A DNA stretch of 64,000 nt, taken from sequence record MT612989.1; one strand, 5' to 3'. How positions within the stretch are numbered: the first letter of the stretch is position 1; the number at the start of each line of letters is the position of its first letter. Below are positions 53,749 through 63,268 of the stretch, piece after piece. The position numbers and the translations under genes were made by a program. Under the pieces are notes generated by a model, which saw only the letters and a program-made list of their open reading frames with translations, had not been told where the DNA came from and ran no database searches.

Positions 53749-54246
53749 CTATTTAATTGTGATGAATTGACTGTTGCGAGTTTCACGCACTAGCACCTTG
53801 CCGTCTTTCTCGACATAATGCAAGATTGATTTAACTACGCGAAGATCTGATGCAAGTACATCATCAAGCGAACCATCCCCTGCGATAATAGATTTCGCAG
53901 ATTTAACCGCGCTATCAGAAGCAGTCATGAAAAATTCACGACCACGACGGAATGGCAATGGCATTGGTTCAAATGATTCATCGATTGGTAGTTCTACTTT
54001 CTCAACGACTTCAGGTTTCACTTCAGAAATTTCTTTAATTTCTTTGGTTTCTTCTTTCGTCTCTACAAGAAGTTCTTCCCATGGTAGTTGTTTCAATGGC
54101 GTTTTACCTTCAGCTTCTTCTACAAGCTTCTTAGCCATTGCGCCTTTTGATTTACGACGGTCAAGTTCGATGCCGTAATATTCTTTTGCAAACTCGTCTA
54201 GTTTTTCTTTAGTTAACGACTCTGCATGTTTTTTCAATTGACTCAT
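53749..54246 (-). CDS. Inh-like protein, copy 2
   Basis: KEKLDEFAKEYYGIELDRRKSKGAMAK; C-terminal H.L.R..RNSQFITI similar to copy 1. Confidence 0.7.
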   Translation of the reverse strand: MSQLKKHAESLTKEKLDEFAKEYYGIELDRRKSKGAMAKKLVEEAEGKTPLKQLPWEELLVETKEETKEIKEISEVKPEVVEKVELPIDESFEPMPLPFRRGREFFMTASDSAVKSAKSIIAGDGSLDDVLASDLRVVKSILHYVEKDGKVLVRETRNSQFITIK

Positions 54247-54282
54247 TGTGAATCTCCAAATTTAATCATTCATTTATATTTA

Positions 54283-55737
54283 TTACGGGATGCGTAACGT
54301 TGCGTCAGATACGATAATTGATGTCGAACCAGTTCTATTCTCAACATACAATTCAATGTAATCACCCTCTGAAACGTCCAATTGCCATGAAAGAGACAAG
54401 TTACCAGCCTTGCCATTATCAGCAGTCGTCGTCTTCGCGCTCCCTATGATAGGAACACCGTTAATAGCGAGATAGCATCGAATCACAACACCGTTACCTG
54501 ACGATGGTTGTACACTTACAGATGCATCTATGCTAGTCGAAATTGTTCTTATTACTTGTGACGTTAAGCGACCAGCCGTCGTTGCTGAGAAGTGTGATGT
54601 TTCTTGTACAACCCATGTTCCCGCTGCTAAAGTCGGTGTATTGACAGCACCAACAATTGTAGGCGTTGCATTATCTGTAAGTGACAGCAAGCCACCGTGT
54701 ACTGTGTTACCGATTAGTGTGTTACCGATACTTTCAAATTTGTAATCGCGAGGCGTCAAACTTCCCGGTGCAAATATAGTACCGTTCAATGGACCGCGTA
54801 ACGTACAGTTGCGAACGTTGATTGTATCAATCGTATCTTGAATGTTCGGGTCGAAATTAAAGATCGTCTCGTTTGTACCTAGTGAACACGTAACTGTATC
54901 TATGTTAATTGAACCAGTTGACGATGTACCCTGTACAGTGAAATAAGTACAACCTGCTTGGTTATTACCAAACACGAAGAACGTATTAACTTCGAAAAAG
55001 CCAGGGTCGTGAACAATTAATCCCTGATTGAAGTTTCTAAATGTACCGTTATTGAACACGATAGTCGAAAGACCACCACAATAAACCTCACCTAGACTTG
55101 CACAGTTGTTGAATCGGTCTGCATATCTCGACTGAAACGAGAACCCACCTGCACCTGAAATCAAATTGAACATATCAGCATTCGGCGCATTAAACTCAGT
55201 CTGACCAGCAATTTCAATGTTTCCTTGAGCGCCTAGATCGTGGAACATTGCATCTGTCCCTGTGTAAGTTAGCACTGAACGATTGACTGCTTTGATTGTC
55301 GCGCTGATGCCCGGTCCCGGGAACCCTAGAGCATTCGATATATCAACGTCACCATCAATTACATACTCTTTCCCTTCGAGTTTATGGGTAAGAACCCCGT
55401 TGATTAGCTGAGGTGAAGGTAAATCGGCTTCACTTCGAACGTAAACAACATTTAGCGGGTCGTTGTAATAAAGCTCTTCAAGTGCATCATGTACGTTAAT
55501 TGAATCTAATAGCGTAGATGTCAATGTAATGTCATTTGCTGTATATGTCGGGTACGTTGGTAAAACCCATTGAAAGTCTTTTCTTACGTATTCTTGCCCG
55601 TCGGCAGGTGCTTCAAGTACACCATCTGAGAGAGCGATTAACTCCCATGTGGCATTTCGTCTACCGTATAGCTGACCGTCATTTGGTGATTCAGGTACAG
55701 CAGAATAGCCGAAGCCAGGTATATTAATACTTGACAT
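54283..55737 (-). CDS. putative virion fibre/decoration protein
   Basis: two EAP.DG..Y.R....W repeats, beta-helix-like middle, C1q/BclA-like C-terminal beta domain. Confidence 0.6.
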   Translation of the reverse strand: MSSINIPGFGYSAVPESPNDGQLYGRRNATWELIALSDGVLEAPADGQEYVRKDFQWVLPTYPTYTANDITLTSTLLDSINVHDALEELYYNDPLNVVYVRSEADLPSPQLINGVLTHKLEGKEYVIDGDVDISNALGFPGPGISATIKAVNRSVLTYTGTDAMFHDLGAQGNIEIAGQTEFNAPNADMFNLISGAGGFSFQSRYADRFNNCASLGEVYCGGLSTIVFNNGTFRNFNQGLIVHDPGFFEVNTFFVFGNNQAGCTYFTVQGTSSTGSINIDTVTCSLGTNETIFNFDPNIQDTIDTINVRNCTLRGPLNGTIFAPGSLTPRDYKFESIGNTLIGNTVHGGLLSLTDNATPTIVGAVNTPTLAAGTWVVQETSHFSATTAGRLTSQVIRTISTSIDASVSVQPSSGNGVVIRCYLAINGVPIIGSAKTTTADNGKAGNLSLSWQLDVSEGDYIELYVENRTGSTSIIVSDATLRIP

Positions 55738-55746
55738 AGTATTCCC

Positions 55747-56088
55747 TTAATAAATTAGTGTTATTTTACCTGCACCTCGCAGCCATACGCGCAAGTTGCT
55801 GTTAAACATTCTCCCCTGAGCCTCGAAATGTCCCTGAGAGCCGATTAGATGAAAATCGGTATCTTCTGGTATCGGGTCTCGCTCGCCCTCAGTTTCGTTA
55901 TAAAACCCTCCAAAGGCAATCTCAACTGCGATTTGTTCTTCACTATTCAGAACTGCAAAATAGTTACTATCAGACCCACATGGGCTACTAGGCAAATCGA
56001 TGTAAATCGCACCTTTATAATCAGGCAAATTAATCCCGTGACTACGACGGCTACGATATTTTTGAATCTCGTATTTTGTATATTCCAT
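55747..56088 (-). CDS. late hypothetical protein
   Basis: ACTAAATA at 56119-56126 upstream. Confidence 0.65.
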   Translation of the reverse strand: MEYTKYEIQKYRSRRSHGINLPDYKGAIYIDLPSSPCGSDSNYFAVLNSEEQIAVEIAFGGFYNETEGERDPIPEDTDFHLIGSQGHFEAQGRMFNSNLRVWLRGAGKITLIY

Positions 56089-56107
56089 GATCTTCCCATA
56101 AATCTGG

Positions 56108-56136
56108 TTGACTTATATTATTTAGTCTTGTACAGT
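56108..56136. promoter_or_regulatory. overlapping divergent promoters (sigma70-type for cca on +, late on -)
   Basis: TTGACT-N17-TACAGT on +; ACTAAATA on - inside its spacer. Confidence 0.45.
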
Positions 56137-56159
56137 ATAGGTTCACTAAGGAGAATAAA

Positions 56160-57257
56160 ATGAAAGCGAAAATGAACTTAATGCAAAAATACATTGTCGG
56201 TGGCGCAGTACGCGACTCTATACTGAAACACGTAGAGGGCTGGTCTAGATTCCCGAAAGATATTGATTACGTCGTCACTGGTTGTACACACGAACAAATG
56301 ATGGCTATGTACGGCGAACCTATCGGTGCTGATTTCCCTGTTTGGCTAGATCGAAACAACAATGAAGTCGCGCTTGCTCGTGTTGAACGTAGCACTGGTG
56401 ACAAAACTACTGACTTCACTTTCACAACTGATGGGGTCACGTTAGAAGATGACTTATCACGTCGAGATCTGACTATCAACTCAATGGCTATACCTGACAT
56501 GACGCCAAATAGTCTGTTTATGTTTGGTTCAACTGATGATGTCATCGACCCGTACGGCGGTCTAGATGACTTGAAGAACAAGATTCTCCGTCATACAACT
56601 GAAGCGTTTGCCGAAGACCCGTTGCGTGTTCTGCGCGTCGCTCGTTTCTATGCTCGATACTACAGCATGGGATTTACAGTCGCAGAAGAGACAGTTGAGC
56701 TATGCAAGAAAATGATCAACGACGGTATGCTTGAGAATCTGCCGAAAGAACGTGTTTGGCTTGAAACACAAAAAGCACTGTCAGAAAAAGACGCGCACAT
56801 GTACTTTGCATTCTTAGGTCAAGTGGGATTCTGTGCTGCACCATCTGCACGCGAACTACTTGAGTTGAAGTACTACAACCGTATGCCATTTAAATGCGAA
56901 GACGTTCAGATGATTGCTAAGTGGGCATCGTTTGATCATCGTAATCGTTACACTCGTAAGTTCGGTGCGACTAAGCAGTATGACAAAGCATCTGAGTTGC
57001 TGATGTCACTTAACGTTGCAAATGTATTCGACGAGACTATTGTAATTGTATTGCGTAAGCTAGGTGCATATAAAGAAGGTCTTCCGTTTGAAGTTGCGCT
57101 ATCACAAGTGAAAGATGTTGTGAAGCGTCAAATTATTACCGATTTGATTGAACTGACACGTAATGTCAAAGTAGACGTTGAGCCGGGCCCTGAATATGGT
57201 GCAGCATTAGAAGACGCACGAATGACAATCGCATACGATTATTTGCATTGTCTATAA
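56160..57257 (+). CDS. cca: tRNA nucleotidyltransferase (CCA-adding enzyme, class II)
   Basis: VGGAVRD, DIDYVV, ALARVER, EDDLSRRDLTINSMA, EDPLRVLRVARF, ERVW.E. Confidence 0.95.
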   Translation: MKAKMNLMQKYIVGGAVRDSILKHVEGWSRFPKDIDYVVTGCTHEQMMAMYGEPIGADFPVWLDRNNNEVALARVERSTGDKTTDFTFTTDGVTLEDDLSRRDLTINSMAIPDMTPNSLFMFGSTDDVIDPYGGLDDLKNKILRHTTEAFAEDPLRVLRVARFYARYYSMGFTVAEETVELCKKMINDGMLENLPKERVWLETQKALSEKDAHMYFAFLGQVGFCAAPSARELLELKYYNRMPFKCEDVQMIAKWASFDHRNRYTRKFGATKQYDKASELLMSLNVANVFDETIVIVLRKLGAYKEGLPFEVALSQVKDVVKRQIITDLIELTRNVKVDVEPGPEYGAALEDARMTIAYDYLHCL

Positions 57258-57261
57258 ACGC

Positions 57262-57288
57262 AAAAAGGGACTCCGAAGAGTCCCTTTT
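57262..57288. terminator. bidirectional terminator between cca and gp23
   Basis: AAAAAGGGACTC-CGAA-GAGTCCCTTTT. Confidence 0.9.
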
Positions 57289-57313
57289 GTTGTCTGTTTC
57301 AATTAAGAGTCTA

Positions 57314-58858
57314 TTATAGACCCTTAACGAATACACGACGGAAGTAAGCGTTTTTACCCATTGAAGCTGCAACAGGCGCGCCGTTACCAACTTTTTCAGC
57401 AGCCTTAGTAGGATCTGCGAATGGGTTAACTTGAATACCGTAACGAGTTTTGAAACCAATTACAGGTTGGAAGTTCTTGCTGTCTGAACCACGTAGTGGA
57501 GTCAGCGGTACGTATGGTGAGTAGAACACACCCGCGTCCATTTCAGTAGAACCTTTGAAACCAACTGTGAAGTAATCGTTCACTGCGTATTGGTCGATGA
57601 ACACTTTGAAGCGACCACCTAGAACACCCGCGAACACAGTTTGGTTTGTGTCAGTGTTCATTGAACCGTCTTGCATACCTTGTGCAGCAGGGCCAACAAG
57701 AGTATCAGTCATTGATAGTGCAGAAACTACGTTGCGTGATGCAATGATGAAGTTACCGTTACCACGACCAGTTTGACGACCGATTTCGTTCGCTTCTTTC
57801 TCAATTTGAATTAGTAGAGCTTTGTAAGCTTCACCAGCCCAACGAGCACCTTTAACGTCTACAGCGTCTGCGAAGTCGAATACACCCGCTGCGCCTTGAC
57901 CTTGAGTCCAACCAGACTTACCGATTTGCGCTTGAGAGTTAACTAGGTTAACGATTTCGCGGTTAAGCTCAACCATAACTTCGTTAGCAAGAATACCGCT
58001 AAGTTCAGCGTCAGCGTCTAGACCGTGTACAGCACGTAGATCTTGTGCAAGCTCGATTGAGTATTGAGCTTTCAATTGACGTGATTTCGCTTCAACAACT
58101 TGTTTGTCGATGCGGAATGACATCTCGTTCCACTCGTTGTTGCTTGAACCGTTGAAGTTCTCTTGTAGTTCAGCCTGAGATGTTGCCATACCAGCGTCGA
58201 TCTCAACTAGAAGACCACCTGCAACTGCGTCAGTGTATTCTGTAGCAGTCATTTCACCTGCAACTGCTAGAGTAACAGCGCCAAGTGCTAGGAAGTAACG
58301 AGTGTCAACGTCGCCGCCAGAAGTAGTTACTTCAGCTTTGTACGGAGTACCGTCAGTTGCAGCACCAGTAGTTGGGAAATCTGCAATTGTTGATGCAGCA
58401 GCTTGACCAGAGAACGAAGCGTCAGCTTGACGAGTCGGGTGGAAAGCTTCTTTACCAGTTAGCGGGTCTTTACCGTATACTGAGCGAAGTGTGAATACTT
58501 GGCTAGTTGGGCCAGTCATTGGCTGAACACCAGCGATATCGAATGCGATAAGCTGAGGAATAGCACGACGAACCATACCCATTACAGTCGGACCGATGTT
58601 TGTTACTGCACCAGTAGTAACACCTTGAGCGATGTTAGACGGATCGTAACCATGGTCACCGTTAACTACAGCTTCGTTTAGACCAGCATTGAATGCTTCG
58701 ATTAACTGTGGGTCACGGTACATTGGATCGTTGTTGATGTCGCGATCTTGGTTTTCAAAGATTTTCGACATGATTTTTTGCTTAGTTGCAGTCGCAATCT
58801 CTGGCATTTCCGCACCGTCTGCTTCAAGCAATTCTTTCCATTTTTCAGTTAGGTTCAT
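57314..58858 (-). CDS. 23: major capsid protein gp23
   Basis: KWKELLE, MVRRAIPQLIAFDIAGVQPM, KSRQLKAQYSIELAQDLRAVHG, YFRRVFVKGL. Confidence 0.99.
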   Translation of the reverse strand: MNLTEKWKELLEADGAEMPEIATATKQKIMSKIFENQDRDINNDPMYRDPQLIEAFNAGLNEAVVNGDHGYDPSNIAQGVTTGAVTNIGPTVMGMVRRAIPQLIAFDIAGVQPMTGPTSQVFTLRSVYGKDPLTGKEAFHPTRQADASFSGQAAASTIADFPTTGAATDGTPYKAEVTTSGGDVDTRYFLALGAVTLAVAGEMTATEYTDAVAGGLLVEIDAGMATSQAELQENFNGSSNNEWNEMSFRIDKQVVEAKSRQLKAQYSIELAQDLRAVHGLDADAELSGILANEVMVELNREIVNLVNSQAQIGKSGWTQGQGAAGVFDFADAVDVKGARWAGEAYKALLIQIEKEANEIGRQTGRGNGNFIIASRNVVSALSMTDTLVGPAAQGMQDGSMNTDTNQTVFAGVLGGRFKVFIDQYAVNDYFTVGFKGSTEMDAGVFYSPYVPLTPLRGSDSKNFQPVIGFKTRYGIQVNPFADPTKAAEKVGNGAPVAASMGKNAYFRRVFVKGL

Positions 58859-58896
58859 TTGAATGATTCCTTAATTTGTTCTAAAATTTATAGATG

Positions 58897-58904
58897 TATT
58901 TATA
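58897..58904 (-). promoter_or_regulatory. late promoter TATAAATA for gp23
   Basis: exact consensus. Confidence 0.85.
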
Positions 58905-58928
58905 TAACGCTTTTTGACGTTTTATTGC

Positions 58929-59777
58929 TTATCGATTAGTACGAGCAGCTTTCAAGTATGCAGCCATAGATGGTACTGCGGATTCTTTCATATCTTTGTC
59001 GTCTTTCTTGTCAGCGTCGTCTTCACCGTCTTTTTTATCAGCCGGTTTTTTGTCGTCATCACTTGGCATATCTTCTTTTTCAGCAAGTTTGATGCCTGAT
59101 GCGAACTTGATAACACTATTTAGATTGTCTTCAAAGTTCTCGTCGAAGCGAATTGATTCAGCTAGGTCAGAAACTTTCTCTTTTTGAGAGTCAGCCATAC
59201 CAGCAGTCACGCGCTCGATGATGATATTTTTTTCTACGTAGTTAGCGTATTCTTTGTGTTGACGGTTCTCGATAACAACTGTATCTAGACGACCTTCAAG
59301 ATCTTGAATGTTTTCTTCAAGAGCTTCGATCATATCGATCTTCTCGTCTGGGCAGTGAACGTTGTTCTCAATGAATACATTCTTCATGCCTTCCATCAAC
59401 CCGTCGAACATTGAAACTTTTAGACCGTTTTCAACAGCTAGTTTGTTTTCAGTCATCCATGTTTCAACAACGTGGTCTAGATATGAATCTAGTTTATTCG
59501 ACATTTGCTCTGCTAGATGTTCACCGTATTTTTCAGCGGCTTCATCAAGCTCTGCTTTGTGTTCGTTGATTACTGCTTCTGCCTTTTCAGCAGCTTCAGC
59601 GATATGTGCTTCAGCAAGCTCAACGGCTTTAGTTTTGATTACACTTTCGAAAACAGTGCTGAACTTATTACGAACATCTTCGGAAAGTTCAACTGATTCA
59701 AAAATGCCATCCAAAGCAGTAGTGATTTTTGCATCGTCTTGCGATACAGCTTCAAGTAGTTGCTCTTTGATTTGCAT
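58929..59777 (-). CDS. 22: prohead core scaffold gp22
   Basis: FESV.LS..V..KFSTVFE, YLDHVVE.W..ENKLAV; position. Confidence 0.95.
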   Translation of the reverse strand: MQIKEQLLEAVSQDDAKITTALDGIFESVELSEDVRNKFSTVFESVIKTKAVELAEAHIAEAAEKAEAVINEHKAELDEAAEKYGEHLAEQMSNKLDSYLDHVVETWMTENKLAVENGLKVSMFDGLMEGMKNVFIENNVHCPDEKIDMIEALEENIQDLEGRLDTVVIENRQHKEYANYVEKNIIIERVTAGMADSQKEKVSDLAESIRFDENFEDNLNSVIKFASGIKLAEKEDMPSDDDKKPADKKDGEDDADKKDDKDMKESAVPSMAAYLKAARTNR

Positions 59778-59806
59778 CTTCTTCAATTCCTTAAATATGT
59801 TTTATA

Positions 59807-59814
59807 TATTTATA
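59807..59814 (-). promoter_or_regulatory. late promoter TATAAATA for gp22
   Basis: exact consensus. Confidence 0.8.
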
Positions 59815-60451
59815 AGAGAGTTTTTAACGTTTCCGCTAGTTTCGCAAATTCAGCGTCATTACTTTCTGTAATTTCTTCTGTTTTTACTGACTTAGCAGCT
59901 TCATTTGACTCAGTTACTGGTTTAACGTAAGCAGCAGGTGCACTAGGACCCCACACTACATCAACGCCTACTGTAAGACGGAAATCTTGCACTTCGTTGA
60001 TGCCGTCAACTTGCTTAACTGAACCAAGACCTCTTGAACTCACGCCCGGTACCCAACCACCTTCGATCAGACCTCGAACTATTTGTCCCTTCGGTGTATT
60101 TAGTACGATAGCTTTACCCATTACGTTATCGCCGTCCCACCACAACTCAGTAATTCGAATCGCAGCTTCAGCGGGGTCAACGTTTGAACGACTTGGGTGA
60201 TTAAGCTCGCCCAACGCTTGATTCGTGTTGACTTGTTCTTTCATGTATTTAGATACAGCATTTTCCATGACTTTTTTCGGGTATCGACGACCATTACGGT
60301 TTACGACATTCGATTGCATGAAAATACCTTCGATGTACAAGTCACCGCCCTTTTCCGTGGGCATTTTCGCTTCAACAAGAGGCTTTTCACCGAAGCTATC
60401 AGCGCAACCGCTAGATAAACCCCAGTCTTCAATTAAGAGTTGTAATTCCAT
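59810..60451 (-). CDS. 21: prohead protease gp21
   Basis: LYIEGIFMQ..VVNRNGR.YPK, LGELNHP, GVSSRGLGS, VDVVWGPSAP. Confidence 0.98.
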   Translation of the reverse strand: MELQLLIEDWGLSSGCADSFGEKPLVEAKMPTEKGGDLYIEGIFMQSNVVNRNGRRYPKKVMENAVSKYMKEQVNTNQALGELNHPSRSNVDPAEAAIRITELWWDGDNVMGKAIVLNTPKGQIVRGLIEGGWVPGVSSRGLGSVKQVDGINEVQDFRLTVGVDVVWGPSAPAAYVKPVTESNEAAKSVKTEEITESNDAEFAKLAETLKTLL

Positions 60452-60453
60452 AA

Positions 60454-60945
60454 TTAAAGCCCCATTTGTTGACGCTTCTTCATCGACTTCTTACGCAATT
60501 TTTTTGCTTTACGATCTGCACTAGTGCCTTTCATACGCTTGCGTGTTTTAGCCGCTTTTCGCGCTGTTTTTTGTCTCTTCGATTTACTTAGACCAGTTGT
60601 TTGAGTCGCTTTTCGCGCTCTGGTTTTTCGGTCTTTGCGCTTCGTAATTAAACTACCGCCAGCTTTTTTGTTAGCAATAGAAACTTGCTTAACTAGCTTT
60701 TCGGAAAGTTCGAATTTTTCACACGCTTCATCGATTGATAACCCGTCTTCAAGAGAACTTAGCACGTCAAGTACAACTTCAACTTCGTTCGTGATGTCTT
60801 TATTGCTGTGAACGCCGATATCTTCAGCTTCAGCAAACGCTTTGATAGTGTCGCTGATATCTTGGCGATCTAACTGACCACCAAGAACTGCTTCTACCAA
60901 ATCTTCGACGATTTTCTCTTGAACGGCTTCGGAAATGAACTTCAT
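60454..60945 (-). CDS. 68: prohead core protein gp68
   Basis: acidic N-half, Arg/Lys-rich C-half (KTRARKA..TTGLSK..R); position. Confidence 0.88.
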   Translation of the reverse strand: MKFISEAVQEKIVEDLVEAVLGGQLDRQDISDTIKAFAEAEDIGVHSNKDITNEVEVVLDVLSSLEDGLSIDEACEKFELSEKLVKQVSIANKKAGGSLITKRKDRKTRARKATQTTGLSKSKRQKTARKAAKTRKRMKGTSADRKAKKLRKKSMKKRQQMGL

Positions 60946-61113
60946 TTAGTCCTCCTGATTGATTTCACCGTCTACTGTAATTGAACGACCAAGTTCTTGC
61001 TTCATGTCGTCAATACGCGCCGCTACACGCTGACCGATTTCTTGGCGAAATTGAGATTCAAAATCTGCCAATTTACCGTCTCGTGCCGCTGCTACCATTG
61101 TTTCTAAGCTCAT
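60946..61113 (-). CDS. 67: prohead core protein gp67 (55 aa)
   Basis: MSLETMVAAARDGKL..F; between 20 and 68; GAGG SD; not in ORF track. Confidence 0.8.
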   Translation of the reverse strand: MSLETMVAAARDGKLADFESQFRQEIGQRVAARIDDMKQELGRSITVDGEINQED

Positions 61114-61126
61114 TATGTGCTACCTC

Positions 61127-62677
61127 TTAAAATCCGTGATCGTCTTGTTGGAACCTTGGGTTTGTCTCTTCTTCGTCAATTTCACTCTGCATAGCAGTGA
61201 TTTGATCGTCAGACAAACGTAAAATGTTCTTCTGAATGTATTTATGACTGTAATATTTGCCCGCGTACTCTTGCACGTCGCGCATTGCGTTCATACGACT
61301 ATTTAGAATCTCTAATTCCTTAGCTTCTTCAAAATACGAGTCTTGGTTGAAAACAACATACAGTTTTTCGTGGTTTGCATCCCACTCTTCTTCTGTTATG
61401 ATGTTATTTACAATCAACTGATGTTTTAACGGGTCAGTGATTACAGTTTCGAATTTCGTCTGCAAACGCTTAACGAATTTCGTGAATTTCAGCTCATCAC
61501 GCGAAATTTCAGTGCCTTGACCGAAGTTGATACCACCATTTTGATCTTCTGTCGCTGCGCGTGATGTAGGAATACGCATCGCTTTGTACAACTTACGATT
61601 GAAGTACAGAACGTCTTCGATGTCACCAAGTGACTGACCGCCAGGTAGTGTGCTTACTTCTGTACCCTTCGAACCTTCTCGGCGAGGAAGATAGTAATCT
61701 TCAAGCATTGACATTGCGTTAGTCGTATTCTTGACTTTACCTGTTGATGTATCATACACAATGCGGTTTTTAACGTTTTGCATGATGCCGTTTACGTATT
61801 GCTGTGCTTTCTGAGTTGGCAAGTTACCTACGTCAACATAAAACACTCGACGTTCAGGTGCACGTGCTAGACGGTATATTACCAATGCGTCTTCTAGCAT
61901 CTTCAACTGGTTCGCAGGTTTAATTGCGCGATCTAAGTAGCCGATAATATACGGCTCGTCAGCACATCCCTTCATTAACCCGCTGTGAGCAAATACGATA
62001 GCATCTTTCGGAATTCTGAATGATGATTGTGAGCGAGAAGAACCACTCATCCATGACGGCATTTTGTAATCAGATTGCTTGTAAACGTAATACTCAAGCG
62101 TGCCCTTTACAACTTCAACACCATCAATAGTCTCTTTTTGAATTTCGCGAACTAGTTCCATTTTTGTCGGGTCTAGTGGGCGCAACTCAATGATATTATC
62201 TTCTTTGTCTAGAATTTTGTGAAAGTAGATTCGAGAATCAACGTACCATTTTCGAAACCACTTGTAGCCGTGCTTACGCATCTGTAGTAAGCCAACCACT
62301 CGATCAAATTCTTCGTTAATTTTAGTCTTGATATTTTCTGAGAAGTCAGTGTTGTCTAAGTTCAACCACACAACTTCTTTATCGTTTTCATAAACGATAG
62401 CTTCATCGACGATTTCTTGAATAGCATCATCGACTTCGTGATATTCTGCTAGTGCTCGATATCCCTTTATCAACTCTTTTACGGGTACTGTCCCTTGAGC
62501 AGATTGACCGTCAGTCGGGATAAAGTTAGTTCCCATTTGAGGTGCTAATAAGTTAGTATGAATCTCTTTAGCACCATCTACGTTATCTGGCGCAGAAAAC
62601 GAACGGACAGGGTTTTTATCGATTTGTTGTATTTCCTGTTCTTCTTCTTTCGCCCAGAATTTCATAAACTCTAACAT
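61127..62677 (-). CDS. 20: portal protein gp20
   Basis: EVDDAIQEIVDEA, FRKWYVD, KPANQLKMLEDALVIYRLARAPERRVFY, GTEVSTLPGG. Confidence 0.99.
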   Translation of the reverse strand: MLEFMKFWAKEEEQEIQQIDKNPVRSFSAPDNVDGAKEIHTNLLAPQMGTNFIPTDGQSAQGTVPVKELIKGYRALAEYHEVDDAIQEIVDEAIVYENDKEVVWLNLDNTDFSENIKTKINEEFDRVVGLLQMRKHGYKWFRKWYVDSRIYFHKILDKEDNIIELRPLDPTKMELVREIQKETIDGVEVVKGTLEYYVYKQSDYKMPSWMSGSSRSQSSFRIPKDAIVFAHSGLMKGCADEPYIIGYLDRAIKPANQLKMLEDALVIYRLARAPERRVFYVDVGNLPTQKAQQYVNGIMQNVKNRIVYDTSTGKVKNTTNAMSMLEDYYLPRREGSKGTEVSTLPGGQSLGDIEDVLYFNRKLYKAMRIPTSRAATEDQNGGINFGQGTEISRDELKFTKFVKRLQTKFETVITDPLKHQLIVNNIITEEEWDANHEKLYVVFNQDSYFEEAKELEILNSRMNAMRDVQEYAGKYYSHKYIQKNILRLSDDQITAMQSEIDEEETNPRFQQDDHGF

Positions 62678-62716
62678 ATTTTTACCTCAATAAAGGGGCA
62701 ATTAAGCCCCTAGTCT

Positions 62717-63217
62717 TTAGTCCATTGTGAAGTAGTCTAGGCTGAATGTTACTTCAAACGTTTCGATTTCGTTGTTTGAGTCCCAATCAAGCGCAACTTC
62801 ACCGACCATTGTTGGGAAGATACCGAATACAGTTGCTGAAGTAGTCGGGTCGCCATTACGGTCTAATTGCGTGATTGTACCAGTACGCTTGTACTGATCT
62901 GGCGTCTCACCTGAAATGTCTTTACCTAAGCCTACTGCACGAGCTTGCCATGCCAAGATAGCTTTACGAATGTCGTGATTCTCATCATTGTAAACCGTAA
63001 CGTTCCAATCATCGAAAGTACGATCACCTGCGATGTTGTATTTACGGTTCTGATATGAGACCTCAAGCTTTTCAACGCTGCCCGGTGGCATAGAAGAAGC
63101 TCGACATTGGAATTTAAAATTTTGTCCCAGATACGGAATCTCAACTTCGAACAAGTTTGGACGAGCGAAATCACCGTTACTGAAAGCTCTTTTAATGTTG
63201 TCTACATTAAGTGCCAT
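62717..63217 (-). CDS. 19: tail tube protein gp19
   Basis: GDFARPNLFEV, GDRTFDDW.VT.YND, LDWDSNNEIETFEVTF. Confidence 0.98.
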   Translation of the reverse strand: MALNVDNIKRAFSNGDFARPNLFEVEIPYLGQNFKFQCRASSMPPGSVEKLEVSYQNRKYNIAGDRTFDDWNVTVYNDENHDIRKAILAWQARAVGLGKDISGETPDQYKRTGTITQLDRNGDPTTSATVFGIFPTMVGEVALDWDSNNEIETFEVTFSLDYFTMD

Positions 63218-63232
63218 TTTCTCTTACCTTAT

Positions 63233-63240
63233 TATTTAGA
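63233..63240 (-). promoter_or_regulatory. late promoter variant TCTAAATA for gp19
   Basis: just upstream of the gp19 SD. Confidence 0.7.
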
Positions 63241-63268
63241 GGGGCTAAAAAGCCCCTCGTGATTGCTC

